A stretch of DNA of 64,000 bases from Bdellovibrionota bacterium (GTDB lineage: Bacteria > Bdellovibrionota_C > UBA2361 > JBIKWN01). Under the pieces are notes generated by a model, which made no database searches, was not told the DNA's origin, and worked only from the letters and a program-made list of their open reading frames with translations. Shown here piece after piece: positions 1 through 11,807 of this stretch. The position numbers and the translations under genes were made by a program. The stretch lies in NCBI GenBank assembly GCA_044356295.1, contig JBIKWN010000004.1, positions 1 through 64,000 on the forward strand, in the 5' to 3' direction. Each line of letters starts with the position of its first letter. Position 1 is the stretch's first letter.

Positions 1-639
1 TTTTTGCACGTAGAGCCTTAGCGATAATTCGAAATCTTCATGATAGGCAAAGAGCGCTTCATCAAAGAGGGATTCATCGGCTTTGATGCAAGAGTTTCTA
101 AGGAAAAAAGCAGCTCCACTGAGACTCATTACGGGATAGGGGGTCGTTCTCGAAGCGATTGAACTTCTTGGCGCATTATTGTCTTTCACCATACTAAATC
201 CAAGATAGTGGCAAATATTACCAGCTGTATTTATTTTTGTTTTATCCTGGAGAGTAAGTAAAAGTGGTTGGGCAGCACCAATCTGTGAATTGCTTTCTAA
301 AAGAGTAACAAGTTTTGATATACAGTCAGGCTCAATTTCGGTATCGGGATTAAGGAGAAAAGTATATTTTGCGTCAGTTTTTTTTATCTTTTCAAAAGCT
401 AGATTATTTCCACCTACGAAACCGGTATTTTCTTTACTATGTATGAGCGTGTGGTGAAACTGAAGATCTGTGCTTTGTGACCCAGCTAATCTGAAAGAAT
501 CATCCGATGAGTTGTTATCAATTACATATAGTGAAATTTTGTCTTTTGGATACTCAATTTTTTTTATGGATTGATAGTACCCTTCAATATCTGAAGCGTT
601 ATTAAAAAGAACTGTGATTATTGCGACGTGTGGATGCAT
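1..639 (-). CDS. Glycosyltransferase family 2 (3' end runs off the window)
   Basis: Not in ORF track. Manual translation from ATG at 639: MHPHVAIITVLFNN...VIDNNSSD...ENTGFVGGNN...FLLNPDTEI...FDEALFAYHEDFELSLR, typical GT2 motifs. Confidence 0.85.
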   Translation of the reverse strand, partial: MHPHVAIITVLFNNASDIEGYYQSIKKIEYPKDKISLYVIDNNSSDDSFRLAGSQSTDLQFHHTLIHSKENTGFVGGNNLAFEKIKKTDAKYTFLLNPDTEIEPDCISKLVTLLESNSQIGAAQPLLLTLQDKTKINTAGNICHYLGFSMVKDNNAPRSSIASRTTPYPVMSLSGAAFFLRNSCIKADESLFDEALFAYHEDFELSLRLYVQK

Positions 640-694
640 TGCTTTTGGGATTTAATCTTACAATACTTTCTTCTTTTGTCGAAGCTACGCAGCT

Positions 695-1531
695 CTACTT
701 GCTGAATTTCGCAGAAAATTCTAGCTGCGCGTCTCTATCAGGAATATCTTGATATCCTTCCTTTGAAAGCAGTTCATCAGGGTAACCTTTATCAATTTGA
801 GTTATCTGAACTGTGTTATTTTCGAGTAAGAAGAAAATTCTCCAAGCCCCACATCCCATTCTGAATCTGTTGTTATCAACTTTAACTATACGCCGCGTTC
901 TGTGAGGTGAGGGATCTCTAGAAAGTATTTCAAGTGCTCTTGGTAGGAAATCTATGGAAAAGTTTTCTTTGAGCCATTGAAGCTGTACTGATGCTTTGGG
1001 TGATTGTAGTACCGAAAAACTTGCAGGTTTATTTTCCTCTTCTTCAATATTTTGGAGCCAGCCAATGTTAGAATCAGGAAATGCATCAGCTTTTGGTAGG
1101 TATGGTTTTATATCAAGAATTGCTGTTCCTTCAATGAGGTCAATTTCTCCTACAAAAATTTTACTACCCTCGATTCTTTCTAATGTTGTTGCAGTAATCC
1201 CAATTGGATTTGGGCGATAGGGGGCTCGTGTTGAGAATACTCCTTTTCTTTGACCGTCTCCTCGCGGGGGGCGAACAAGTGGTCGCCAATTTGAGTTTTT
1301 ATCAAACCACCAAATAATCCAAATTCTTTCGAATCCTTCAAGGTCTCGCGTCGCACGAATTATTTTTTCATCGTTAATAAGTTGAATGTAGTTCTCTGCT
1401 TTCTCCGTTGTCGAATTATGAGCGGATTGTTGTTCGTGATTCGGTTGATAGCGAGCGGAAAATTTTGCAATGAGTCCGGATTTCATGAAGCCGATAGGAA
1501 CACAGGTGAGTAATGATGAATTTTCAGCCAC
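695..1531 (-). CDS. trmO: tRNA t6A37 N6-methyltransferase TrmO (TsaA) with C-terminal domain
   Basis: VRPPR, GVFSTRAPYRPNPIG and DLIEGTAILDIKPY motifs. Confidence 0.88.
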   Translation of the reverse strand: MAENSSLLTCVPIGFMKSGLIAKFSARYQPNHEQQSAHNSTTEKAENYIQLINDEKIIRATRDLEGFERIWIIWWFDKNSNWRPLVRPPRGDGQRKGVFSTRAPYRPNPIGITATTLERIEGSKIFVGEIDLIEGTAILDIKPYLPKADAFPDSNIGWLQNIEEEENKPASFSVLQSPKASVQLQWLKENFSIDFLPRALEILSRDPSPHRTRRIVKVDNNRFRMGCGAWRIFFLLENNTVQITQIDKGYPDELLSKEGYQDIPDRDAQLEFSAKFSK

Positions 1532-1634
1532 TTTCGAAGATTTGTTATTTTTTATATTTCTAAAGACTTAAAACGAATTGGATTTTTACTATAAATCTAT
1601 AGTAAGTGATTTCATATTAAATCGACAGATAGCT

Positions 1635-2894
1635 CTATTTCACTGCCCCAGAGATCTTTTCAGCAATATCTAAAACAGGTTGAATTTTTTTCTCTTCTTT
1701 TTGAGTAAGTTGCGACATACGTTTCCGCAACTCATCAGGGTATGTTTTTTGAATTGTAATAATATTACCGATAAGTGCTGATGGTCCAAAAACAATAGAA
1801 CTATCATCTCTTTTATAGAGAGGTTGTTGCACATAAGTGTTAATGTCTAGCACCCTTCCAACTTTAGTTAATGGGTCGAGATAGTATTTACCCTTGTATA
1901 TAGGCGATATTCCAGTTGTCTTATTCGTAAGCTCTAAAAATGATTTATTGATCAAAAAGCTCTCTTGAGTATTCGAATTATGAAAATCTGCTGCTAAACC
2001 AGACCAAGCAGCAGCACGTATATGCGGCAGTAATCCTTGAAATGTTTTATCACTTGTATCGCTTACTTCTATACCTATGCGATTATCACTATTAAAAATC
2101 CAAACACCTTCATCACGATTTTTTCTAATAACAATTTTCTGAAAAAAAGATCCAGAATCTTCCAGGGTTGTCATTAGTGATTGCTGTATACTTGGCGAAA
2201 GTGGAAATTCCGATGTTATATCAACTAAATTCTTGTCTTTAGGAGAAAGGCTTTGATCATAGTGAAATCTTTTGACATTCAATGGATAGAATTCATAGCT
2301 TTCCGGTCGTTCGGTCTTGAGATCTGATATTCTAATTTGAAGTACATATTGTCGATCGTCTCTATTCGGTTCAAGATCGACAGAGAAGTTATCACCGTCA
2401 GAATAGAATCCAGTATTGTTATTCATCCCAGTGCCAGGCTTCTCTATTAATCCTAAGCTTTCACCAGCTTCGATTAATTCTCCAGCGAAAGGTCGTAGAT
2501 CTTTCGGTACTAGTTCATAAACACCGAGCTCAGTGTGGTTCTCAAATAGTGGCATTTCTTGACCACTGTTTGTGAGGATCGTAAATTCTACTTTCCTACC
2601 ATGTGATCCCTTGATTGCTTTTTTGGATTGCTCTTCATTGATTTTAAGAGTCCAACCATCTAGCGAAATATCAACACCGTGAATATTTTTCTTTTCTCCA
2701 GTTTGAATAATACTGCCCGCGCTCACTGTCTCTGGGGTAGGTTGTATAAGTTCCGCGAGGCTTTTTGCTCCACCGGCCAAAAGGAACCCACCTACCAAAC
2801 TGACAGCTGCAATAAAAGTCGATTTCCCGAAGCCTTTTAATGCAGACGGCGGTTCACGGTATTCACCATCATTCGGAGGAGACATTTTTTGCAT
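1635..2894 (-). CDS. Hypothetical protein with N-terminal membrane anchor/signal
   Basis: 419-aa ORF, hydrophobic segment FIAAVSLVGGFLLAGG, no recognised family. Confidence 0.6.
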   Translation of the reverse strand: MQKMSPPNDGEYREPPSALKGFGKSTFIAAVSLVGGFLLAGGAKSLAELIQPTPETVSAGSIIQTGEKKNIHGVDISLDGWTLKINEEQSKKAIKGSHGRKVEFTILTNSGQEMPLFENHTELGVYELVPKDLRPFAGELIEAGESLGLIEKPGTGMNNNTGFYSDGDNFSVDLEPNRDDRQYVLQIRISDLKTERPESYEFYPLNVKRFHYDQSLSPKDKNLVDITSEFPLSPSIQQSLMTTLEDSGSFFQKIVIRKNRDEGVWIFNSDNRIGIEVSDTSDKTFQGLLPHIRAAAWSGLAADFHNSNTQESFLINKSFLELTNKTTGISPIYKGKYYLDPLTKVGRVLDINTYVQQPLYKRDDSSIVFGPSALIGNIITIQKTYPDELRKRMSQLTQKEEKKIQPVLDIAEKISGAVK

Positions 2895-2931
2895 ATAAAA
2901 GGTTATGTCAGAAATAGTGAAAAAGAAGCAT

Positions 2932-2960
2932 AAAAAAACGCCCCCTTTCGGGAGCGTTTT
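2932..2960 (-). terminator. Rho-independent terminator of groESL
   Basis: Minus strand AAAACGCTCCC-GAAA-GGGGGCGTTTTTTT: stem, GAAA loop and U-tract just after the groEL stop. Confidence 0.85.
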
Positions 2961-2989
2961 CTTGAGCTTTTTTGAAGCTATACAGGAAA

Positions 2990-4648
<1,659 letters not shown>

Positions 4649-4680
4649 TTAAATAATAATATAAAAACAGTAATGTTTAA

Positions 4681-4983
4681 TTAATCAACTACAACACCAA
4701 GAACATCGTCTTCGCGCATAATGAGATAATCATTACCATCCATTTTAATCTCTGTTCCAGCGTATTTACCGAAAAGGATTTTATCTCCTTCCTTAAGGTC
4801 AACTGGACGGATTGTACCATCTTCATGGACTTTTCCTTTTCCAACTGCAATTACTTTACCTTGTTGTGGCTTTTCTTTAGCAGTTTCTGGAATGTAGAGA
4901 CCAGAAGCAGTTTTTTCTTCGCCTTCAAGTCGCTCTACGATTAGTCTGTCCTGTAGGGGACGGATCTTCGCTTTTTTACTCAT
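4681..4983 (-). CDS. groS: Co-chaperonin GroES
   Basis: IRPLQDR...[21 protein letters not shown] at 4983 preferred because GGAGGAG lies just upstream. Confidence 0.98.
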   Translation of the reverse strand: MSKKAKIRPLQDRLIVERLEGEEKTASGLYIPETAKEKPQQGKVIAVGKGKVHEDGTIRPVDLKEGDKILFGKYAGTEIKMDGNDYLIMREDDVLGVVVD

Positions 4984-5052
4984 ACCGTATTTCTCCTCCA
5001 ATAAATGGTATTATAAATAAATTCAATAAGTTAGATTTGGGTAACTTCAAGT

Positions 5053-5077
5053 TAAGCAATCAATAAAGAACTGCTAA
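5053..5077 (-). promoter_or_regulatory. Degenerate CIRCE-like inverted repeat upstream of groES
   Basis: TTAGCAGTT-N7-GATTGCTTA versus canonical TTAGCACTC-N9-GAGTGCTAA; spacer is 2 nt short. Confidence 0.3.
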
Positions 5078-5191
5078 ACGAGAAATTTCTTAGGGTTTCC
5101 CACATCCGGTCGGACTTATACTCATGCTAAAGCAGAATTTCAAGGGCAGCTCAGTATATATTTGCGACAGGGAAGAGTTTATCATCGATTT

Positions 5192-6364
5192 ATGGGAAAC
5201 GCCGCTGCTGTAACATCGCACAATAATTATTCTGCAGATTTATTTTCAATTTTAGATAGAGCTGTAAAGGATTCTTTTGCTCCTTCTTTCTCTTGTGTCC
5301 TTGTAAAGGACGGAAAAATCATCGGTCAAGCAGCTGCGGGCCTTTCTTCACGAAGTAACGATAACGGTGGCGCCGTTGGTGATATTCAAGCAACTGTAGA
5401 TACCGTATATGATGTATCTGAGCTTACTCAAATTTTAGTAACTGTTCCTCTTCTTATGTTGATGGTTGAGGAAGGAAAGCTCGATTTAAATCATAGAGTT
5501 TCTCGTTATCTTCCTAGCTTTAATGTTCTTGGCAAATCCACTGTAACTATTGGGCATCTGCTTTCTCACACAAGTGGACTTCCAGCACAGGTTTCTTTTT
5601 ATGATGTTCTTTACTCAGAGCATGGTCAGGCAGCGTTAGGACTTATTTCTGGGAAAGGTGCCCGGGATTTTATCTTGAATTCAATTATGCGCTCGGGGCT
5701 AAAATACCCTTCAGAAACCAAGCAAAGTTATAGTGAGCAAAATTTCATTTTATTAGGTGCAATCATTGAGCTTCTTACTGGATTGACCTTAGAAAAAGCT
5801 GCGCAGAAATTTATTTTCAAACCTTTAAATCTTCGCTCAACAAGTTTTATTGATATATCACTCCTTCGACGACGTGGACTGCAAACGAGAAATGAAATGA
5901 TTGCAGTGACTGATATCTGTCCACGACGTGAAAAACTTGCGTGGGGAGAAGTGTTCGATGAAACCGGTTTTGTCATGGGTGGTATCTCTGGTCATACAGG
6001 GCTTTTTGCAACTGCGCATGATGTTGCAGCTATTTGTAATGAGTTTCTCTCTGCTGCGGCTGGAAAATCACAGATGCTTTCTCGATCTGTTGTTAAAAGT
6101 TTTATAGAAGGTGGTTCGTTTCCAATTCCAACATCGTATCGTTTTGGATTTGATAGTCCGTCTCGTGAAAATGGAATGAATGAATCAGGATTGTCTGCGA
6201 CAAGTGTTGGACAGAGCAGTGCGACCGGATGTTCTGCATGGATTGACCATGAGAGTAACTTAGCTGCAGTATTGCTCTCTAATAAAATAGATTCGTCTCG
6301 TACGAATCGAAAACTTCAAAGTGTACGACAAGAGATCGTACGTTTAGCAAAATCGAGAGTATAG
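5192..6364 (+). CDS. Beta-lactamase/serine-hydrolase-fold protein, catalytic SxxK apparently lost
   Basis: LLSHTSGL, YS...F.LLG.IIE..TG and GHTGLF motifs; YDVSELTQ occupies the FxxASxTK position. ATG at 5192 preferred over the track's TTG at 5162. Confidence 0.8.
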   Translation: MGNAAAVTSHNNYSADLFSILDRAVKDSFAPSFSCVLVKDGKIIGQAAAGLSSRSNDNGGAVGDIQATVDTVYDVSELTQILVTVPLLMLMVEEGKLDLNHRVSRYLPSFNVLGKSTVTIGHLLSHTSGLPAQVSFYDVLYSEHGQAALGLISGKGARDFILNSIMRSGLKYPSETKQSYSEQNFILLGAIIELLTGLTLEKAAQKFIFKPLNLRSTSFIDISLLRRRGLQTRNEMIAVTDICPRREKLAWGEVFDETGFVMGGISGHTGLFATAHDVAAICNEFLSAAAGKSQMLSRSVVKSFIEGGSFPIPTSYRFGFDSPSRENGMNESGLSATSVGQSSATGCSAWIDHESNLAAVLLSNKIDSSRTNRKLQSVRQEIVRLAKSRV

Positions 6365-6369
6365 CTTGT

Positions 6370-7443
6370 ATGTGGGATCGTCTTCAGGAAGTCGAACAAA
6401 GGTTCGAAGAGCTTGCGTTAATGTTGACGCAACCAGAAATAATTATGAATCGAGAGTTGTTTTCTCGATATTCTAAAGAGCATAAAGATCTTACTGAGCT
6501 TGTTGCTACATATCGTTCGTACAATAAAGCGCGCGAGGAACTTGCTGGAAGCAAAGAACTAATCAATGCCGAAAAAGATCCTGAACTTCGTGGTATGGCA
6601 GAAGAAGAAACCAAACTTCTGGAAGGAGAGCTTGAAGGACTAGAGGCTAAACTACAACTTTTACTGCTTCCTAAAGATCCTAACGATGAAAAAAACGTCA
6701 TCCTTGAAATTCGTGCGGGCGCAGGAGGCGATGAATCAGGAATATTTGCAGGTGAGTTGCTTCGTCTTTATACAAGATATGTAGAAAACCAGAAGTGGAA
6801 AATTGAGCTTCTCTCGACTAGTTATGCAGATGCAGGTGGATATAAAGAAGTGGTAGCTCTTATTACAGGGCATGCAGCGTTTAGCCGTTTAAAATATGAA
6901 AGAGGGGTTCATCGAGTACAGAGAGTGCCTGCAACTGAATCACAGGGGAGAATCCATACTTCAACAGTGACGGTAGCTGTTCTTCCAGAAGCTGAAGATG
7001 TTGAACTTCACGTCGATAATAAAGATCTTCAGATTGATGTGTACCGTGCATCTGGAGCAGGAGGGCAGCATGTCAACACTACTGATTCTGCTGTTCGAAT
7101 TACTCATGTTCCAACAGGAATTGTTGTTGCAATGCAAGATGAACGAAGTCAGCATAAGAACAAAGAGAAAGCGATGCGTGTCCTTCGTGCAAGGTTACTT
7201 GAAGCACAAGAAGAAAAAGCGAATGCAGAGCGCCGTGATGATAGGCGTTCACAGGTGGGAACCGGGGATCGTTCAGAGAAAATTCGTACGTATAATTTCC
7301 CGCAAAGCAGAGTTACCGATCACAGAATTGGATTAACCATTTATTCAATTGATTCAATAATGAACGGTGATTTAGACCAATTGATAGAACCTGCAGTAGC
7401 TTTTTTCCAAACAGAAGCCTTAAAGGAAAGTTTAGCGAATTGA
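6370..7443 (+). CDS. prfA: Peptide chain release factor 1
   Basis: GAGGQHVN, RVPATE (PxT), adjacent to prmC. Confidence 0.97.
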   Translation: MWDRLQEVEQRFEELALMLTQPEIIMNRELFSRYSKEHKDLTELVATYRSYNKAREELAGSKELINAEKDPELRGMAEEETKLLEGELEGLEAKLQLLLLPKDPNDEKNVILEIRAGAGGDESGIFAGELLRLYTRYVENQKWKIELLSTSYADAGGYKEVVALITGHAAFSRLKYERGVHRVQRVPATESQGRIHTSTVTVAVLPEAEDVELHVDNKDLQIDVYRASGAGGQHVNTTDSAVRITHVPTGIVVAMQDERSQHKNKEKAMRVLRARLLEAQEEKANAERRDDRRSQVGTGDRSEKIRTYNFPQSRVTDHRIGLTIYSIDSIMNGDLDQLIEPAVAFFQTEALKESLAN

Positions 7444-8324
7444 GATCTATAAAACAGACAATTCAAGATGGATGTGAAGTTTTAAGGGATATTTCTGATA
7501 CTGCTCGGTTAGATATGGAGCTGCTCGTTTCATTTGTTTTAAGAAAAGAAAGATCATGGCTCTTAGCCTATCCTGAAACTTTGATTTCTGAAGAAGATAA
7601 TAAAAATATTCAAATTCTTATCAACAGACGAGCACTCTTTGAACCGATTGCATATATTATCGAGACAAAAAGTTTTTGGGATTCAGATTTTATAGTTAAT
7701 CCTTCGGTTTTAATACCGCGACCCGAAACAGAAAGTTTAGTTATAGAAGCGATTTCTATTGCTCAGCAGATTTATTTAAAAACAAAAAAGTCACTATCTA
7801 TAATTGATTTAGGTTCAGGAAGTGGATGTATTGGAATTACTATTCTTAAGGAATTGATAAAAGCAGGTATTGAAGTTGAAACTGTCCACTTTGCTGATAT
7901 TTCTATTGAGGCACTTTCAGTGGCACAGATGAATGCTCAAGTACTTCTCACACAGGAAATACATCATAAAGTTTCATTTTGTCAGTCAAATTGGTTTTCA
8001 AATATAGAAAATAAATTCGATCTTATTCTTTCGAACCCACCGTACATTCCCCACAAGGATTCTCGAGTTTATAAAGGTGCGCATTTTGAACCATCCATTG
8101 CTTTATATGCAGATAATTACGAAGCCTTGAAAGGGTTAGATGATATTCATCAGATTATTTCGCAGTTGACCGATTATCTTACAGATAGTGGTAGGGCTGT
8201 CATTGAATGCGGAGATGGTCAAGCAGATGACATAGTCACTCTGTCACAAACGTATAACCTAAAATCTAAGGTTTATTTTGATCTTGAGAGAAAGAAAAGA
8301 GGCGTCATTATTTCTGTGATATAA
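7440..8324 (+). CDS. prmC: Release factor glutamine methyltransferase PrmC/HemK
   Basis: VLIPRPETE, DLGSGSG, SNPPY; overlaps the prfA stop. Confidence 0.95.
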   Translation: MRSIKQTIQDGCEVLRDISDTARLDMELLVSFVLRKERSWLLAYPETLISEEDNKNIQILINRRALFEPIAYIIETKSFWDSDFIVNPSVLIPRPETESLVIEAISIAQQIYLKTKKSLSIIDLGSGSGCIGITILKELIKAGIEVETVHFADISIEALSVAQMNAQVLLTQEIHHKVSFCQSNWFSNIENKFDLILSNPPYIPHKDSRVYKGAHFEPSIALYADNYEALKGLDDIHQIISQLTDYLTDSGRAVIECGDGQADDIVTLSQTYNLKSKVYFDLERKKRGVIISVI

Positions 8325-8428
8325 CAGAGATACAATTTTTCGTAATTGCGCTGTTTTTTTACTGTATAAAATTCGTAGAGCAATTTTTAACACTCAAAAA
8401 TTAGTGAATAAAATAAAAAATTCATGGT

Positions 8429-8444
8429 TGGCATTCTTTCTGCA
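8429..8444 (+). promoter_or_regulatory. Sigma-54 (-24/-12) promoter candidate
   Basis: TGGCAT-TCTTT-CTGCA with GG-N10-GC spacing, AT-rich upstream region, 40 nt before the ATG at 8485. Confidence 0.6.
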
Positions 8445-8484
8445 CTATCACTGATTATCTAACAATATTGAGTGAGGCAAATTT

Positions 8485-8883
8485 ATGATAAATCTTATTA
8501 AGACAATTTTTATTCTATGTATTCTTGTGACGACTGGAATAAATGCATATGCAGAGGATGATGACGCAGGCCCTCGAACACCAAAAGAGATTCGAGCAGA
8601 TTTAAAAAATAGTCTCTCTCAACATCTAGCTGAAGGATTCGCAAATTTCTTAATGCTTCGCTGTATTCCTGACGAATTACTTGAAAATGATTCTGCGAAT
8701 ATCTCTGAAGATCAAGCCTATGTTATTGAACAATGTGTAAGAAAACAGCTGTCTAATACCATTTCAATGAGGAAAAACGGAAGAGGAATGTTATCGAGTG
8801 TTTCACCCAAAGTATTAAAATCTGTTGCTTATGAAGTGATAACACAATACAGCGAATCAGATGTAGGAAATGTTGATAATTAG
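8485..8883 (+). CDS. Small secreted hypothetical protein
   Basis: Signal peptide ending AYA, GAGG RBS, two Cys in the mature part. Confidence 0.7.
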   Translation: MINLIKTIFILCILVTTGINAYAEDDDAGPRTPKEIRADLKNSLSQHLAEGFANFLMLRCIPDELLENDSANISEDQAYVIEQCVRKQLSNTISMRKNGRGMLSSVSPKVLKSVAYEVITQYSESDVGNVDN

Positions 8884-9525
8884 TTATTGAGAAAGTGCAG
8901 AAGAAAACTTTTGCCAAATATCAATTGCTTTAATAGGACTTACATCGGGGTCGATGATATCGGCCCCGCCAAATCGAAGTGTTAATTGATACACGTCATC
9001 TTTATGAATGATAGTTGTGTATAAATAATCATCAATTGATGGCGCAAATCCTGCCCAAGAGAAATAGTGTGGCACTATCCATTCTAAGCCAAATCGACAC
9101 TCTTCGAGCACAAAGCCATCTCGATTCAAGGCTTCAAGGATTTTATTTGTAGCTAATCCATCATATAACGAGACGGTCTCACCATTCATCTTCAATAAAA
9201 GAGAAAAACGATACTCACCACGCTTGATGCTTCCTACATATTCAGTAGAAAGTTTAATCGAAATTGGTTCAGGATCATTGTCTTGATTTAAAAAATGACC
9301 AGCGCAGAAAAATATCTCTTTTGCAAAAGCTCCTTGGATATTGATAGAGAATTCAGGGGCTGTATCGAGCTTGCATGCAATAGAAGATACTTCAAAAAGA
9401 TTTTTTGTGATTGTGATTGCGCTTTTGAGATCGATATTTTCACTGCTATCACCCTCACACGAATATGAAGAAGAAAAAATCTTTTTCTTTTTTGAGTAAT
9501 GAAGGGATATAAGCGGTGGAACCAT
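8884..9525 (-). CDS. Hypothetical protein
   Basis: 213-aa ORF co-oriented with the two GT genes; start uncertain. Confidence 0.55.
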   Translation of the reverse strand: MVPPLISLHYSKKKKIFSSSYSCEGDSSENIDLKSAITITKNLFEVSSIACKLDTAPEFSINIQGAFAKEIFFCAGHFLNQDNDPEPISIKLSTEYVGSIKRGEYRFSLLLKMNGETVSLYDGLATNKILEALNRDGFVLEECRFGLEWIVPHYFSWAGFAPSIDDYLYTTIIHKDDVYQLTLRFGGADIIDPDVSPIKAIDIWQKFSSALSQ

Positions 9526-9560
9526 TTTTAAATTATATAGTAAATGAACAAGAATGGCTT

Positions 9561-10313
9561 TTATTCTTTTACTTTGTTGTAGGGGCTAAGGAACGTCTCA
9601 GCTCCAGGCAGTCCTCCCCACTTACATTCATACAGTCTCATACTCTCATTCATTTCAAGTCGAAGCTTAAGAAGGAATGCTTCGTCATTATTAACCATCG
9701 CTCCCTTTAAAGAGACGCGGTCGAGATGAAAAAAAGGTGACATACCATCACAAGCAAATGAAAGCTTTAGCAATCGTAATCGGTAGGCCATATCTGCATC
9801 TTCATGATAGGCAGGACCAAACTGTTCATCAAAACCTCCTACTTTTGAAAGTAAGCGGCGATCTACCATGAAACAAGAGAAGTGAATCACATCATTATTA
9901 ACAATTTCTTTTGCTTCATTTTCAAGATTTTCTTGATTAGTGATAGCTGTTCCTGACCATACAATAAGTTCAGGGTTTTTGAGAGCAAAAGAAACTAAGT
10001 TGTCTATAAAAAATGTTGGAAGTACAACATCCATGTTCACTATTAAACAATAATCAGCATTGAGATGAAATGCTTCAGACAGTCCTTTATTCCAAGCACG
10101 AGATAAATTATTTTTATCATTAAGTATAATGTGCTGAAAAAAATCAGAAAGAGCAGCTAAATCATCAGGAGTTTTCCGTACCTCATTAACTACTAATATC
10201 GGGATAATTTCATGAACCGATTTCTGATTAGCAATTGAAAGTGCTGTCTGTAATGCAAAAAGAGCATGAAAATCATACCTGATAAAACCAACACAAATGA
10301 CAGCTACTTTCAT
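9561..10313 (-). CDS. Glycosyltransferase family 2
   Basis: AWNKGL, IVNMDV, VGGFDEQFGPAYHEDADMAYR. Confidence 0.88.
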   Translation of the reverse strand: MKVAVICVGFIRYDFHALFALQTALSIANQKSVHEIIPILVVNEVRKTPDDLAALSDFFQHIILNDKNNLSRAWNKGLSEAFHLNADYCLIVNMDVVLPTFFIDNLVSFALKNPELIVWSGTAITNQENLENEAKEIVNNDVIHFSCFMVDRRLLSKVGGFDEQFGPAYHEDADMAYRLRLLKLSFACDGMSPFFHLDRVSLKGAMVNNDEAFLLKLRLEMNESMRLYECKWGGLPGAETFLSPYNKVKE

Positions 10314-10408
10314 TCTGGTGTCCCTTTTTTAAGGTCTATTGTCATAATAAGATGACTAAAAAATAAAACTCAATATCTAGTTATAAAAGGTCAAAAGTTA
10401 GTCGTCAA

Positions 10409-11476
10409 TTATGTGAAACTTGTCAATAAATCTATTACTTCTTGAGCGACCACATTCCAAGTCCTCTTTCTTGCGATATGTTCGCAGTTTCTTGAATATG
10501 CTTTCAATTGCTCAGGATTCTGCATTAATGTAATGACGGTTTGATAAAACGAGAGATAATCATCTGCCTTCACTAATTTCCCGCATTCATTATTAAAAAG
10601 ATACTCGGAAACACCACCCGTACCAAATGCAACGACTGGACACCCTGATGCCTGTGCATCTACAACAGCAAGACCCGCTGATTCAAAAACTACTGATGGA
10701 AAAAGTAAAAGCCCCGAAGTTCGAAGCATTTCCGAAATTTCTAATTGAGATCTTTTACCAACAAATCGTAGTCCAGGATTCTCATGCTCAACTTTACTAA
10801 TATTTTCTTTTAAACCTGGATACTCGGAGTAATCCCCAATAAAAGTCATTTTTAAATCTGGAATTACGCTTTTTAGAGTTGGAAAAAAATCAAAAAGAAG
10901 ATGTGATCCCTTCCATCGTTCAACTCTTCCAACAATGACTACATGTGAATAATCTCTGTTATCAGGACCTTGATAAATAAAAATAGTAGGATCAAACCCA
11001 TTTTTAATAACACAAAACTTCGATTCATCTTTAAGGACTTCGGTGTGCAGATTTTTTTGAGCTTCTGATACGCAGACCATCGTATCGATCTGGTTTATGA
11101 CACTCTGTGGAGAAAGCCCATTAATAAATATTGATGGAGAATGATTGATGATTACTCTTGATACACAGTTTTTATGATTTTTAAGAAGTAAGAATGGATG
11201 AACAAATGTTGCCGAAAGACAGTGAAAAGCACCGATTGAATTCAAACGCTCTGAAAGAGAACTGATATCGTAATTTGTACCAAAGTTCCAAAAAGTAATT
11301 CCATCTACAACTGACTCAGCACATTCTAAATTGCCACAAACGATAACTTCTTCTCCAAATGAAGCTAATGCTTTCGCTAGAGAAAGGGATGCGGTTTCTC
11401 CACCACCTGCGTTAATTCCGTGTGGATTTATTGAAGTATCTGTAAGAAAAAAAACAATTTTATTTTTTTGAGGCAT
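10409..11476 (-). CDS. Glycosyltransferase family 4 (GT-B)
   Basis: GGGE, IKNGFD, GRVERWKG, ESAGLAVVDAQASGCPVV. Confidence 0.9.
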   Translation of the reverse strand: MPQKNKIVFFLTDTSINPHGINAGGGETASLSLAKALASFGEEVIVCGNLECAESVVDGITFWNFGTNYDISSLSERLNSIGAFHCLSATFVHPFLLLKNHKNCVSRVIINHSPSIFINGLSPQSVINQIDTMVCVSEAQKNLHTEVLKDESKFCVIKNGFDPTIFIYQGPDNRDYSHVVIVGRVERWKGSHLLFDFFPTLKSVIPDLKMTFIGDYSEYPGLKENISKVEHENPGLRFVGKRSQLEISEMLRTSGLLLFPSVVFESAGLAVVDAQASGCPVVAFGTGGVSEYLFNNECGKLVKADDYLSFYQTVITLMQNPEQLKAYSRNCEHIARKRTWNVVAQEVIDLLTSFT

Positions 11477-11807
11477 TTAAAAGGAATATTCTATATTGGC
11501 TAAAAATGACTGGATAGAAGCTAAATTTTGATGAATTTAGCTCAATTTTGATGCTTTCTTACGATAAATAACTGCATCTTTTCCCATGTTCTAAATTGTT
11601 TTTGTAGGGCATCGGTTGCTCTTAGCCAATGACTTAATCTGATTTCTGAAAGTTATTATCTGTACGAATCTGTATGGATCGATACTTTTCAATTGTTATC
11701 AAAATCAAAAAAAATCGTATAAATCACAGATTTATTTTTTTTAGTGGAGGAAACTTTGTTAGCGTGAAGAGCGATTCATTCGTGAGATGTAGAGGGGATC
11801 CCGATTC

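Noticed and set aside
11744..11759. Sigma-54 promoter for the Tad operon (TGGAGG-AAACT-TTGT)
   Set aside because: The -12 element is GT rather than GC and the -24 element is a poor match
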